The translations under genes were made by a program, and so were the position numbers. Under the pieces are notes generated by a model. The model was given only the letters and a program-made list of their open reading frames with translations. It ran no database searches and had not been told where the DNA came from. A stretch of 61,558 bases of DNA, filler included, from Choristocarpus tenellus KU-1152 (taxonomy: Eukaryota > Protista > Phaeophyceae), in NCBI GenBank assembly GCA_964200185.2. It is 11 parts of 11 records of this genome, joined end to end, with 100 filler letters (N's around TTAATTAATTAA, not from the genome) between each part and the next. Parts side by side here need not be neighbours in the genome. Positions count along the whole stretch, not along the records: positions 44,166 to 56,876 come from CAXNAD020001731.1; positions 56,977 to 61,558 come from CAXNAD020013915.1; 9 more parts are not named here. The stretch is one strand, 5' to 3'. Shown here one piece after another: positions 50,301-61,558 of the stretch (its first letter is position 1; every line of letters starts with the position of its first letter).

Positions 50301-52239
50301 GGTAACAGGAATGCATGCTCCCAGTCGCCACCATCACCTACTCTCCCCAGCTGTTGCTATGATTTCCACAAATGTGCACCCCTCCTGGTACTTGAACCTT
50401 GCTGGCATTGTCTCTGGTACTTGAACGATGTCCTGTCCAGGATGGAATAGAAATGGGCGTGGTACTACCCCCAGTTTCCAGTCTCCTTCGAAATGTGACT
50501 CTATGGAGTGACTACTTCTTGCGGTGGAGCCCTGTCATGTCCTTCATGCCTCTCCCTCCACAACTCCTCGCTCAGGAGTCTGCGACAGGTTTTTCTCAAA
50601 GCTGTGTTTCATGGGGTCTTTTTGTGAAATCAGTTACAGAACCATATATATATATATATATTTCTGTTAAAATGTGTTCTGAATGGGAGACAAAATCTGC
50701 AGCAATGTTTTTCATGCCTTTCCCATTCCTCTACAGTGGTTGAGGAGTTTTGAAGAGGAGAAAAAAATCTATTGTTGCTGCGTGTGTAACCCCCATGCTC
50801 TCACACCGCCACCTACTTGCCCTTTCAGAAAATATTCCTGCTGAAAAGAAGATTAGCGTGAAGTCTCAACAAATAGGCTCCTTTTGAAGCTTGCTTGGAG
50901 TTCTCAGTATATATTGATAGTATTTCAAGAATCTAATAATGCAGTAGCTAGGAAGAACCTAATTTCCCCTATGGATTGTGTAGACCTCTTTGTATACCTG
51001 GAAGAGAAGAGATTTTTCTATCCCCAAATATCTTCCAAATTGTGATTGTGAGGGATGTCCTATACTGACTCTTGAGCATTTCTTGATGTGTACAATACAG
51101 CTAATAACACAATCCAGGCGTTGCAAGATGAACCTTCATCCTCTTCTGTGAAAAACGGCGAAGACTTGATCATGAAAGGACGAGATGATGAAGCAAACAC
51201 CAGCACATCTTTGCCAAGCTACAGGTAGAAGAGGAATCAAGATGAAGACATACCCACACCTACTTTTGCATTGTTTGTTACCATTATGCCCTTTTGCATA
51301 GAGGGTCATGTGGAGATTTCATAAGAGAGGCATTGATCCAGGTACCTATGCACATGTGTTGCCAGTGTATGTTGGTGATGAGGATATGATAACACCAATG
51401 CAGGGACACGGTTACTTATCAAATGCTTCTTTCATGTTACATACAAAACCTGCTCTCAACTTTGGTTGGACTTAGGTGTCAGTTTGACGAAGTGGAGCAG
51501 TGGTTAAAGCTGTCAATCAGACAGGTGGAAAGGTGGAGAAGGTACGCCCTAAATGGAGGAGAGGCTTCAGTCAGGAATGAGGGGGAAACTGAAGAGGGAT
51601 GGGGAACTGCAGCTGTAAGAGATGGAGTTTTAGCTGGGGCACTGGAAGAGATTGCAAAGCTTAGGGCTGAGGTTACTAGGCAGGTGAGTCAAGAAGAGGT
51701 GTAAGGGAATGTCAAAAACTGTGTAAGTGTTCATTCAACATTATAGAGTTAGTTGCAGAGTAAGCTCTCTGTAGTAAGATGTAGTAAGAGAGAATCTACT
51801 TCACTCTTTGTTGCTCAAACTTGATTCCTTGCTCCAGAACAAGGTGATCGCAGCTCTAGGGAGGAGTGCAGAAGAGGCCACTCAGGAAGCAGGCAATGTC
51901 AGCATTGGTACCTTCCAAGCAGCAACAGATTCGAGGGAAGGCCCCAGGGCATTATCAAGTCAGCCATATGATCAAGGTGCTGCTCAGAGCAGCCCAGGGG
52001 ATGGAGGACCAACCTGTGCTAACGGCAATAAGATGGGGTGGAAAGAACTCTTGCCAGACAGCTTCAGGGAACAGCGCATGCAGCATGCAACCTCTGAAAT
52101 GATGCAAGACTGTCTTGATGCCAGAGTGCTGCAGGAAGGTGTCACAATGTCAGCAATACAAAGAATAGACCCGGGGGGGACCATTGGTGCACAGAAGAGA
52201 GAGGGAACAGGGACTCTGTCAAAGAGATACGACTTTTAA
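44317..52239 (+). CDS. MTMR: Myotubularin-family phosphoinositide 3-phosphatase (5' partial); exons 44317-44378, 45823-45914, 46321-46438, 46690-46749, 48707-48900, 49696-49765, 49887-49982, 50441-50588, 51101-51224, 51476-51683, 51838-52239
   Basis: Spliced motifs [105 protein letters not shown]; C-terminal coiled coil; stop at 52237-52239. Confidence 0.95.
46878..46996. repeat. 12-13-bp minisatellite (TAAGCCTT(A/G)TAGT) in a myotubularin intron
   Basis: About nine degenerate units visible. Confidence 0.75.
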
Positions 52240-52750
52240 CTTGATGTATTTATTCCAGATGTTTCCTTCACAGATTGGAAACACCCATCAGTGAGAAGGC
52301 TAAGAGTAGGGCTCCATTGGCTGTGCAGTGAGAGCGACCAGTGCTTTTTGTATTTATACAACCTAAAACAACCTAGTGTATTAACCAATACAAGAAAGAA
52401 AGAAGAAACAACAGTTGGTGTTCCTCTTCTACGCAAAATCATTCCATTGCCAGTTATATATTTTGATTGATTCCCCCTCCTGTCGCTTCCGATACAGTTG
52501 AATTTCTCAACCGCAGTGCATGCTGTGTGCTTTCTCCCTCCCTTGTAAACCTTGTGCCTCCATCCACTCCACTCTCTTCACGTCAGCATCCATATCTTTT
52601 GACAGGCACATACATACATACAATACATGCATACATACACAGTCAGAGGGGAAGAGGAAGAGAGAGGGGAACATACAAAGTTGTTGGTAGTAGGCGGGAG
52701 CCTTCACAAACAAGTCGCAGAATTGCCTTTTTGTGCTCAGATAAGCTCAC

Positions 52751-55700
52751 CTCCGGTGGCGTGTCTTGTAATCTTCCAAGACGCCGACGAGATCCTCCCT
52801 TGTCATCTCTGGCCAAAACTTGTTCACAAAAAAAAGCTCTGTATATGCCAATTGAAAAAGGAGGAAGTTGCTCACCTGCAAGAGGTGTGTTGAGACTATT
52901 TGTCATTGAGGTAGTGACTTGGATGGGTCTAGCTTCTGGCATTGCACACTAGAGTACACTAGACTGGAAGGAGGAAAAAACCCTTCATGGGTGAATGACT
53001 CACACACACCAGACAACTCTAGAGTCTGTATACTCTGTATGATACAGTGCTCTGATGATATAATGCAGATATAGGGGTAGAAAGGGACTAGATCTATTGA
53101 GTAGTTAGTACTTGCTACATCTCACCGCACAGCATGAACAGGACATGGTTGCAGAGATGCAGATCCAATAAAGCAAAAACTCACACTACCAAAACTGTGA
53201 ACTAAGTATCCCGTCATGATTACAGAATCACACGGGACTATCAATTTTGAGATATCTTACTTACCCTCCTCTCTCCTGAGGTGCGAATGAGGATGTCTGG
53301 ATCAGGAAACCCTGAGGTGAGCAGGTGTCGCCCTACCAGAGCTTCATCAATTGCATCCACAGACAAGGTCCCACTGAGGTTTGGGTAGATTGAGGTACAT
53401 TTTAGGGCGTACAACCTATGGTCATCTCTGGTAATGTGCATAGACAGTATATATTAAAGATTGACCAGGGTGACTTAAAAAAAAATGCAAATCCTACGGA
53501 GTGTTTTTTATAGTCAGCTACATCAACATCACTCCTTGAAAGTAACGCCATGCACTACTACCATATTACGAAGATGTTGTTGGGAACCTAGCCATGAGCA
53601 CCTTGGACAGCATTAAACGATGAGCATTTCATGCCTCCAGACAGTGTCAATTGATATCTTCCCACTGGCAACACTATCACACAAGTCCAAGGGCTGTGAG
53701 AGACACAGTACTTTTGACTAACATGAAATATACTCCAAAAGATGGTTGAGTGATAGAGGTTTATACAGGACTCATAAGAGTGTAACATCCTAGGGCGAGT
53801 GTCTGTGCACTATATAATATTGGTCCTTCTCGTGCATCCAAACGCTCGTTTCATGTTGTGCATTCAGTCAATGAATGTTCACACACGCAAAAAAAGCAGC
53901 TAAAAAAAAATAGCTGAGGGTTTTCTACACCTCATGCGTGTGTGTTCTGTTCTCATGACCGTTGCAACTATCAAACCGTTTATCCCTTCAGCAACAGGCT
54001 GCACCCATCTTTTTATCTTACACCTACGAGTCCATATATTCTCATCTTACACCTGAGTCCAATTATTTTCATCTTACACCTATGTGTCCATATATCCTCA
54101 TCTCCAGATCATCTCCAGATACATTCTATATACAGAGATCAAATTGCAATTTGAATCATCATCCTCTCAATGTTGTGAAAATTAAAAAAAAAGTAAAGAG
54201 TACTGGAGAGTACTGGAGAGTACTTCCATACTTAAATGTACAGAGAATAAGGTGAAAAAATAACATTCAGCACAATCACCCTAGTGTTGTGTTTAAATTG
54301 TATCCCTCAGTAAGTAGAAATGCATCAAACACCGATATTGTTGTTGGTGATTGGTTCAAGAACCATGCCCTATTGATGTTTTATTTTATTTATGTATTAA
54401 TATCGGCAATACAAGGGCTGTCATTCTCTATACACTGTGCATCTTAATGTGAGAGATTAGACTCATGGATGTGATATCTTGACTGGAACTTGATCACAAA
54501 ATAACACTATCAACACTATTAACATTATTAATACAAGTAGATTGGATGAATAGAAATAATAATTATCAATACTATTAACATTATTAATACAAGTAGATTG
54601 GATGAATAGAAAATAACACTATTAATACTATTAACATTAATACAAAGTACATTGGATGAATACTTAGATATGGACAATAACTTTCAAGTTTGAATATCGC
54701 TCAGAAGGAGATTCTTGTTGCAGGGAAGGCAGCATAAAGTATGTTTCTTGAACAAGTGCTTCCAGATAACAACCACTGTAGCAAGTGTACTTGGGGGGGT
54801 CACGGACCAGTTCAGCTCTGAATTTCATGTACTTTCCCATCAAATACACAAAAACACTCGTATGTGCCCAACTTGCAAAAACTTCATTGTTTCTGTTTAA
54901 TTTCACTGTATGGTATCAGTCTGACTTTGGAGGAATCCAACAATAATTCATTTACCGTGATGACCATTTCAGGACCTGCAAGAGCAATGGTGCTCTTTCT
55001 ATCAGTGCAATAACACGCCATACTTCTTACAACAAACCCAATTTTTCTAAGGGTTACGTGACAACAAAAACACGATGTGTCTGGACATATAACTGAACTG
55101 AAAACTTTCTTTCCGTCACACTCCCACATCATAGAGATGTCCATTCACGTCTAAACCTGGCCTGTTCAATCGACGCAAGTACGGATGTGGCAATGCAACT
55201 GACAGGAAGGATCCGATAGAACAGGATGGATAGAAAAACCGGCTCTATTCAAATGACTGCAATTGACCCTTGCCATCCATGTACCTTATACTGAGAGCAT
55301 CCTACATGAACATATCGATATTACTCATCCCATTATGTGTGTATCAACATTACTCACTCTATTATATGTGTATCAATACACTCATGCATTTGCAACCTTC
55401 AACAAAACACACAGATAAACAGACCATCCCACAAGAACAAACCTCCATGGGAGCATAACTCAATGCTGGGGGGGGGTGTCTTCCCCTGTCACCTGGATAC
55501 CCTCGATGCTATTTGCTGACAAGCCAGGGCAATCTCCTGGCGGCCACCATAGCTCAAGCATATGTTGAACTGAAATCCATCACAAGACTTTGTAGATTCT
55601 TCAGCATCATGTAATGCTGTCAAAACGTGTCCTGGGAGCTAACAACACACAGCACCAAAGTTATCGCGTCAACAACCATCTGAGGAGAGAGACTTTGAGT

Positions 55701-56393
55701 AGGATGCAAGACAAAAAGGGAGGTTGCTGAAAACATTCTACTGGGAGGTGACATTCTATTGGGTGATTGACAGAGGCAGTACAGAGAAGGTGAGCTGTAA
55801 GTATGTCAAGGCCAAGTAGTCCAGAGGTGAACAGGATATATGAAGCACCAAATTCATGGAGCAAGGGCACACACCTTTGAAGTGTCACATACCAGCACCC
55901 TTATTCGCATGTTGTTCTTCACGGCATCATTCATCAGATCCTTGCACGCCTTACACAGGAGTTCCATCAGCATTGATACCTGAGGTCGAGATTCAAAGCA
56001 AATGATAAAAAAGATAAAAGAGTACCACTGTAAAGATATAAAAATGCAACGGGCAATGTCTGCACATCACACATTGTTGCCGTCCAACGCACATGTGGTC
56101 TTCTCTTGCAGGTCACCATTCCCCCTGTGTATAATGCCTACAGTGTAACAATGCCAGGTAGATCGATTTATACATTCTAGAGGACATAGAGGAATGGGTT
56201 CATGCCTCTCTCTCAGTGGGCCGAGTCCTCCAGCTCATGGTACTATTGGTGTCATGGTGTCCTGTTCTCTCACCTCTTCAGGATCCCGTTTCCAGTTTTC
56301 AGTTGAAAAGGCGTATGCGGTGACCATTTTGATTCCTTCCTCACTGCACCACTCCAAAAAATGTCCCAACGCCTTCCCACCATCAGAGTGACC
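52751..56393 (-). CDS. cis-prenyltransferase (UPPS/DHDDS family); exons 56393-56274, 55979-55875, 55638-55493, 53373-53265, 52875-52751 (first and last exons unresolved)
   Basis: Motifs GHSDG, [64 protein letters not shown]...FWPE, Y..R.RR; all junctions are GT-AG and in phase. Confidence 0.93.
54499..54662. repeat. ~55-bp tandem repeat x3 (intronic)
   Basis: ACTATTAACATTATTAATACAAGTAGATTGGATGAATAGAAA repeated. Confidence 0.85.
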
Positions 56394-57734
56394 CTATGTA
56401 CAGGAGTTGCCAGACAGATATGTGAATCATGTATTAACCCTAACTAACCCTAATCACCACATCAACAAAAAACAAGCTAACTCACAATCAACTATTATTT
56501 TTTTTCTTATTTCAAAACTAACGTTGAGGGCACAAAGTCAACTCTCGTGACATGGTATCTATCACACACAGACTGGTATCAAAATTTACCAGTCATGATC
56601 TTACTCCCGTACCAGCTTCTTCCAACTAGAAACACCTTCTTTTCTTAACTAACGCCTTCAACCGTTTCATCAAAACCTTGCTATACCTCGCTGTGTGCGG
56701 ATCCTTGCCTCAGCAGGTAGGGCTGCATTCCTACAGAATGGTGATCCTCACCATGTATGTTAGAATGGACACACTAAAGCAGTTGCAACCGGTAAATTGA
56801 GCTAATTGAACTAAACAACAAACTTTGAAAAAAGAAACTATTACTAATCGCCATAAAGCTTACAACCCCCCCCCCCNNNNNNNNNNNNNNNNNNNNNNNN
56901 NNNNNNNNNNNNNNNNNNNNTTAATTAATTAANNNNNNNNNNNNNNNNNNNNNNNNNNNNNNNNNNNNNNNNNNNNGGGGGGGCAGAATGGAAAAAAAAG
57001 AGATAACACAATAACGGGGACGGAGGGGGGGAGAAGGAGGTGATTATTCATCACCCTATCTCAAAGAGAGCAGGAAGAGACAATTAAACCACTCTCATTT
57101 ATACCTAACAAAACAAATTGCAAAATCCCCTCCAAAAAATATTGACAAGACCATCACGCCTCTCTCTCTCTCTCTCTCTCTCTCTCAGTCACCACAACGC
57201 CTTCTCAATGAAACAACTTCCCCTGGATTCAAATCGCTACTAAAAAAAATATTAAAACATAGATAAAATTTGCTGCCATTTTTTTTTTTTAAGTGAAAAG
57301 GTTGTTCGTCCATGGGTATTGATTGACAGATATCGACTCAGAAGATCTTGTAAGGTTGGGAAAGGGGCTCTACTGAATAAGTGGACAAGCGCCGAGTGCC
57401 TTCTTTGGGGGTATACATACGTATACCTTTTGTTTTGTTGTCTCTAGACCACAAAGGGGTACTTTCATGGGTAACCCAACACCTAAAAGGTATACCTCTT
57501 CAGAATCGTAGATACAGAAATAGTAGATACAGCACAGGGTATATATAATAACACTCGGTTTTCCAATACAAAGGGTGTGCAATTTGGGGCATGGGTTGAT
57601 ATCTCAGTCCATATCGTTCAACCCTTCAACACACACAACAGGCAAATTGGTTTTCAGTCACTTTTTATCCCCTTCGGAACAAAAACAGGAGGGTATACCT
57701 TCTTGTGTCATATGACTACTCACTGTACTCTCAC

Positions 57735-59719
57735 CTGATCAAGGCTGTTTGATTCCAAAAACTCAACAAGGGCCATGCTCAGATCCTCTGGCTCCACAAA
57801 GCCCACAACCTGTATGTAGTAAATCAGGAGTGGAGATTATAACTTCAACTTCAACATAAGCATCACACAACTCTGAAAACGTCACACTGCCTCTAATAAA
57901 AGACATAACACAACATGGACTGGGGGCAGGGGGGCTGCAGGTACACCTGCAACAATTGAAAATATGCAAAATGTTTGCAACAATAGTAGAACAGTCTCTA
58001 ATTCAGAATCAGCCAATGAGATGTGTGTGCCCTCAATACCACTATTATACATTAGTTATTGATGCGTACAATAATAAAAATACAGGTATATCTGCAACAC
58101 TTGAAAATATACAAAATGTGTACACCAATAGAGCAGCCTCTCAATCAGAATCAGCCAATGAGACGTGTCCGCCCTCAATACCATTATTATGCATCAGTCA
58201 TTGATGCATGTAACAGTATTAATAGTATATATTATTGTAGTCGCTCCAAGTAAGATATTACAAGGATACTTATCCTGGACGCATGAAAAAAAAATGTGGG
58301 GAAATTTCCATGCAGGGGAACGGATTCCAGGACAAAAAGAAGGATAGAAGAATGTTTTCCGCTGAGATGTGGTTGACCATGAGGGTCACAGCTACAAAAC
58401 ACCCACATTTACAAAAAAAGGTACAATTACACAACAAAAAAGGTACAATTACGTCAACGAATATATCTTTTGAATGTTTCAATGGGCCATATCACGATCA
58501 TGTCAAACCACACTCATGGGATAACACTTCACACTTGCAGCACTATGTTGCCATCGTCTCGGAACTGCTAACCACAGAACTCATGTACAACTTGGTGTGG
58601 AGGTGTTATAGGCAATCATACGGCGATGTGTGGGCTTTGGACTGGAGGGTTGCAGGCACTACATAGTGTAGCCCTTTGCACAGAACACCCTTGTTGTATG
58701 ATAAGACAAAGTGAAGCACTACACCACTACACCATGCCGTAAAACTCCATCTTAAAAATAAAAGAAATAATGCAGCAAGTTGTGTTCTGACGTAACACTT
58801 GGTGTTATAACTCGACTTCCTTACAGTTCCATAACGCTTTGTGTTGTAACATAACACTTTTGTGTAATTAAACATCGTAAACAGTCGGTGTACTTGCGCT
58901 GCTGTGCTGAGAGGGGTATCTGAGGACGCCAACAACATCGATCAAAGAAACCAACAGAATGTTAGGATTTGCCATCACACCTCAAGGTCACCACCATACA
59001 ACAATCAAAAGCAGAAACAGAGCGTGATCAAACTCATCACTCAGAAGCCACTACTGCCTCTCAAGTCTGTTCAAATGCAGCGCAATATTTCCTACTTTAC
59101 TACAATAAACTGTGCTAAAAATGTTATGGCACAACACAACGCTGTGCTATCACAACACTTTGAAGTGTGTTTGGCCATAATACTGTGTTGTTGTCGTGTA
59201 ACACAACGGGTGTTAGAAGCATTACACTGTGTTACACCTGTGCATGTTTTGGGCTAAAGCGTTACGGGGAACTACATAGTACGTAGTATTGTATACGTCT
59301 TCGCCCTCAGTGTTACAGACATAACATAACATAGTGTTAAGTGTTATGCTGTACAAAGGTGTGCAACAAACGCACCACTACTTCAAAGAAACGAAAGGTT
59401 CTTACACCTTCTTACACACTATCAAGCATCGCCATTAACACTTTCTATACAGGTTCCAGCTCAGGTTAAACCCCAACCCTAGTACAAAAAAAAAAACGAC
59501 GCCCTACAAAACGTCTCTTCTACAGAAGAGATCGATCAGTTGATGAGACGGCAACCATCAGAATGTTGATGAATAACATGCACCGGCTCTTTCACTTGCA
59601 CGTGAGAGGTCCTCGCAAAAAAAGGAGGGGTGGGGGCAAATAGATCTGTCCATCCATCCCACGCGCTCTGGGAGAGCATGTTTAAGGCGAGAGACTCCAT
59701 GGGGGGAGGGCTGTGTGAC
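57735..59719 (-). CDS. Two phase-compatible exons of an unidentified protein (59719-59584, 57809-57735)
   Basis: SHSPPPMESLALNMLSQSAWDGWTDLFAPTPPFFARTSHVQVKEP / VVGFVEPEDLSMALVEFLESNSLDQ with AG/GT borders. Confidence 0.35.
57940..58215. repeat. ~144-bp tandem duplication
   Basis: CTGCAACA..TGAAAATAT..AAAATG...TCAGAATCAGCCAATGAGA.GTGT..GCCCTCAATACCA.TATTAT occurs twice. Confidence 0.85.
58658..59280. mobile_element. Candidate non-autonomous DNA transposon
   Basis: 10-bp direct repeat ACTACATAGT at both ends, weak inverted ends, and many TAACAC/GTGTTA motifs near both ends. Confidence 0.35.
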
Positions 59720-59720
59720 C

Positions 59721-59915
59721 TATGATACTGATATGATACTAATACGGTAATGATATAGTAATGATACAATACCGATATGGTACTGATATGATACTGATAT
59801 GATACTAAGATGGTAATGATATAGTAATGATACAATACCGATATGATACTGATATGATACTAATACGGTAATGATATAGTGATGATACAATACCGATATG
59901 GTACTGATATGATAC
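59721..59915. repeat. Higher-order minisatellite (60-70-bp units built from GATATGATAC-like 10-mers)
   Basis: Three units containing GGTAATGATATAGT(A/G)ATGATACAATACCGATATG. Confidence 0.85.
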
Positions 59916-61376
59916 TTACAGGAGTTAACCCATAACAAGGTACATGTAATACAAAATGTCATGTTTCAGACCTGTCACACATATATATGGTTCTTTTCTG
60001 TTCTTTTTTTTAAAGCGATGTGGACATGTCCTTTTGTTACAAAATACTAGGGTTGTGCCTCTAAACTGGAAGCAAAACAAACAAAAATTAAGAAAATAAA
60101 CTTTTTGGAAATTTATCCCGCAATAAAACTCTTCAGAGGGTTTCAGTACAACTTTCAAAGCAAACCACCTCAAAAACAACAAAATTGAAAAAATAGAACC
60201 ACATCGTTGAGTGTAAAGTACAATATCATCTTCCTCAAAATGCCAACAACCAACGAAATTCAATCCTCTACAAAACCCCTATGTAACATACATGTATGTA
60301 CGACATAAATAAACAGTTGGCACATCTGAAATAAGCACATTCTAACCACTGTTGAATCTGGAACCTTCACAACAAGATGTTGGAAAGTATCTGTTTTGTC
60401 CAAAATCATTGTGGGTAAGACGCATCTTAATCGCAATTAAGTGCAGATCCTATCCAGTGGAACATCCGATTGTGTGCACATACACAATATTAACATTAAC
60501 AATATATACATACACACAGTACATACACACAGTATGTACATACAATATACACATACAATATATACATGCACCTAATTGTGTAATATTTGATGTAGTGGTA
60601 TTGACAGTACCTTAGGATCAGTAGTAAACACAACCACATTCAGCTATCCATGCAAGGATGGATGCAGTCAAGTCAACAATATAGGTACAGTTGAAAAATA
60701 CACAACACGGGTCTTACACATTACAAATATACTGTTACAAATATACTGGAACATGCACTGAAAATTTTCTCAAACACGAGGATTTTTTCCAAGCAATTTT
60801 GTTTTCACATGTCATCTTCCACAGTGTGAACCCAACATGACCAAGTACCATAATGAAAACATTAACAGATCTCTCAATTATGTCTCAATTATCTCTCAAT
60901 TCATGAGACATATTGATAGTCGGTTTTAGGCACCCTCCAACCTTTCCCTTCAAGGTTCAACCCTTCACGAGGTCTGTCAAAGGCACAATTGAGTCTTCCC
61001 TTGAGGTCAACTCAATTACAAATGGCAGAGGAACCCTTTCTCTTCCTATACACACCCCAATGCACACAGCCCGATCTAGATTACCTATTATTAATACTAT
61101 TACTATTACCACTATTATTTTTTCATATTAGAACACTAGTCAAGAATTATCCTAATCCATCATGGTCAAAGGCACCATGGTACACACTGGAATGGTAGTA
61201 CTATTAAGACTATTACTATCAACACTATTCATACTATGAATAATATTAGTACTCTTCAGACTAGTAGTACTAATAATACTGTTAATACTAATAGTACTAT
61301 TAAGACTACTAATGCTAATAATATTATTATACTATTAGTACTGTACTTCTCAATCTCACTTCTACTGCCACCGCAG

Positions 61377-61558
61377 TACATATATATATGTAAGACTTGT
61401 ACCTGATAAAGAACAGTCTTACTGTCTGCAATACATATATATATGTAAGACTTGTACCTGATAAAGAACAGTCTTACTGTCTGCAATACATATATATATG
61501 TAAGACTTGTACCTGATAAAGAACAGTCTTACTGTCTGCAATACATATATATATGTAA
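61377..61558. repeat. Perfect 55-bp tandem repeat, at least 3.3 units, running off the window
   Basis: TACATATATATATGTAAGACTTGTACCTGATAAAGAACAGTCTTACTGTCTGCAA at 61377, 61432, 61487 and 61542. Confidence 0.95.

Noticed and set aside
9887-56393. Functional gene cluster (AP2A, FANCD2, IFT80, CENP-C, myotubularin)
   Set aside because: The genes lie on different contigs joined artificially; only the myotubularin and cis-prenyltransferase are truly adjacent.
61377-61558. CRISPR array
   Set aside because: The units are identical with no unique spacers, the context is eukaryotic, and no cas genes are present.

Overview
This is eukaryotic nuclear DNA, not one continuous locus. Eleven short contigs are joined by ten identical 100-nt artificial spacers (44 N + TTAATTAATTAA + 44 N), so adjacency across spacers is uninformative. 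Short exons, long introns and a ciliary gene suggest a flagellated, intron-rich protist or alga; a brown alga or other stramenopile is my inference, not proven. Manual exon chaining supports partial genes for IFT80, a myotubularin with the variant active site HCSHGWDRT and a GC-AG intron, a cis-prenyltransferase convergent with it, the AP-2 alpha-adaptin appendage, the FANCD2 N-terminus, and CENP-C (Mif2_N motif plus an SKDRSPR heptad array). Several other exon chains are unidentified. Mobile DNA includes two decayed Tc1/mariner copies (D-37-D spacing, plant-MLE-like motifs) and three MITE types sharing a G(A/G)NN(C/G)AAAGTA terminus with mixed 3-bp and 4-bp target duplications; these MITEs sit at many contig ends. 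The most unusual item is a tRNA-Ser-like structure at 32755-32890 whose 3' half precedes a matching 5' half, as in circularly permuted tRNA genes. This copy is degenerate and needs testing.
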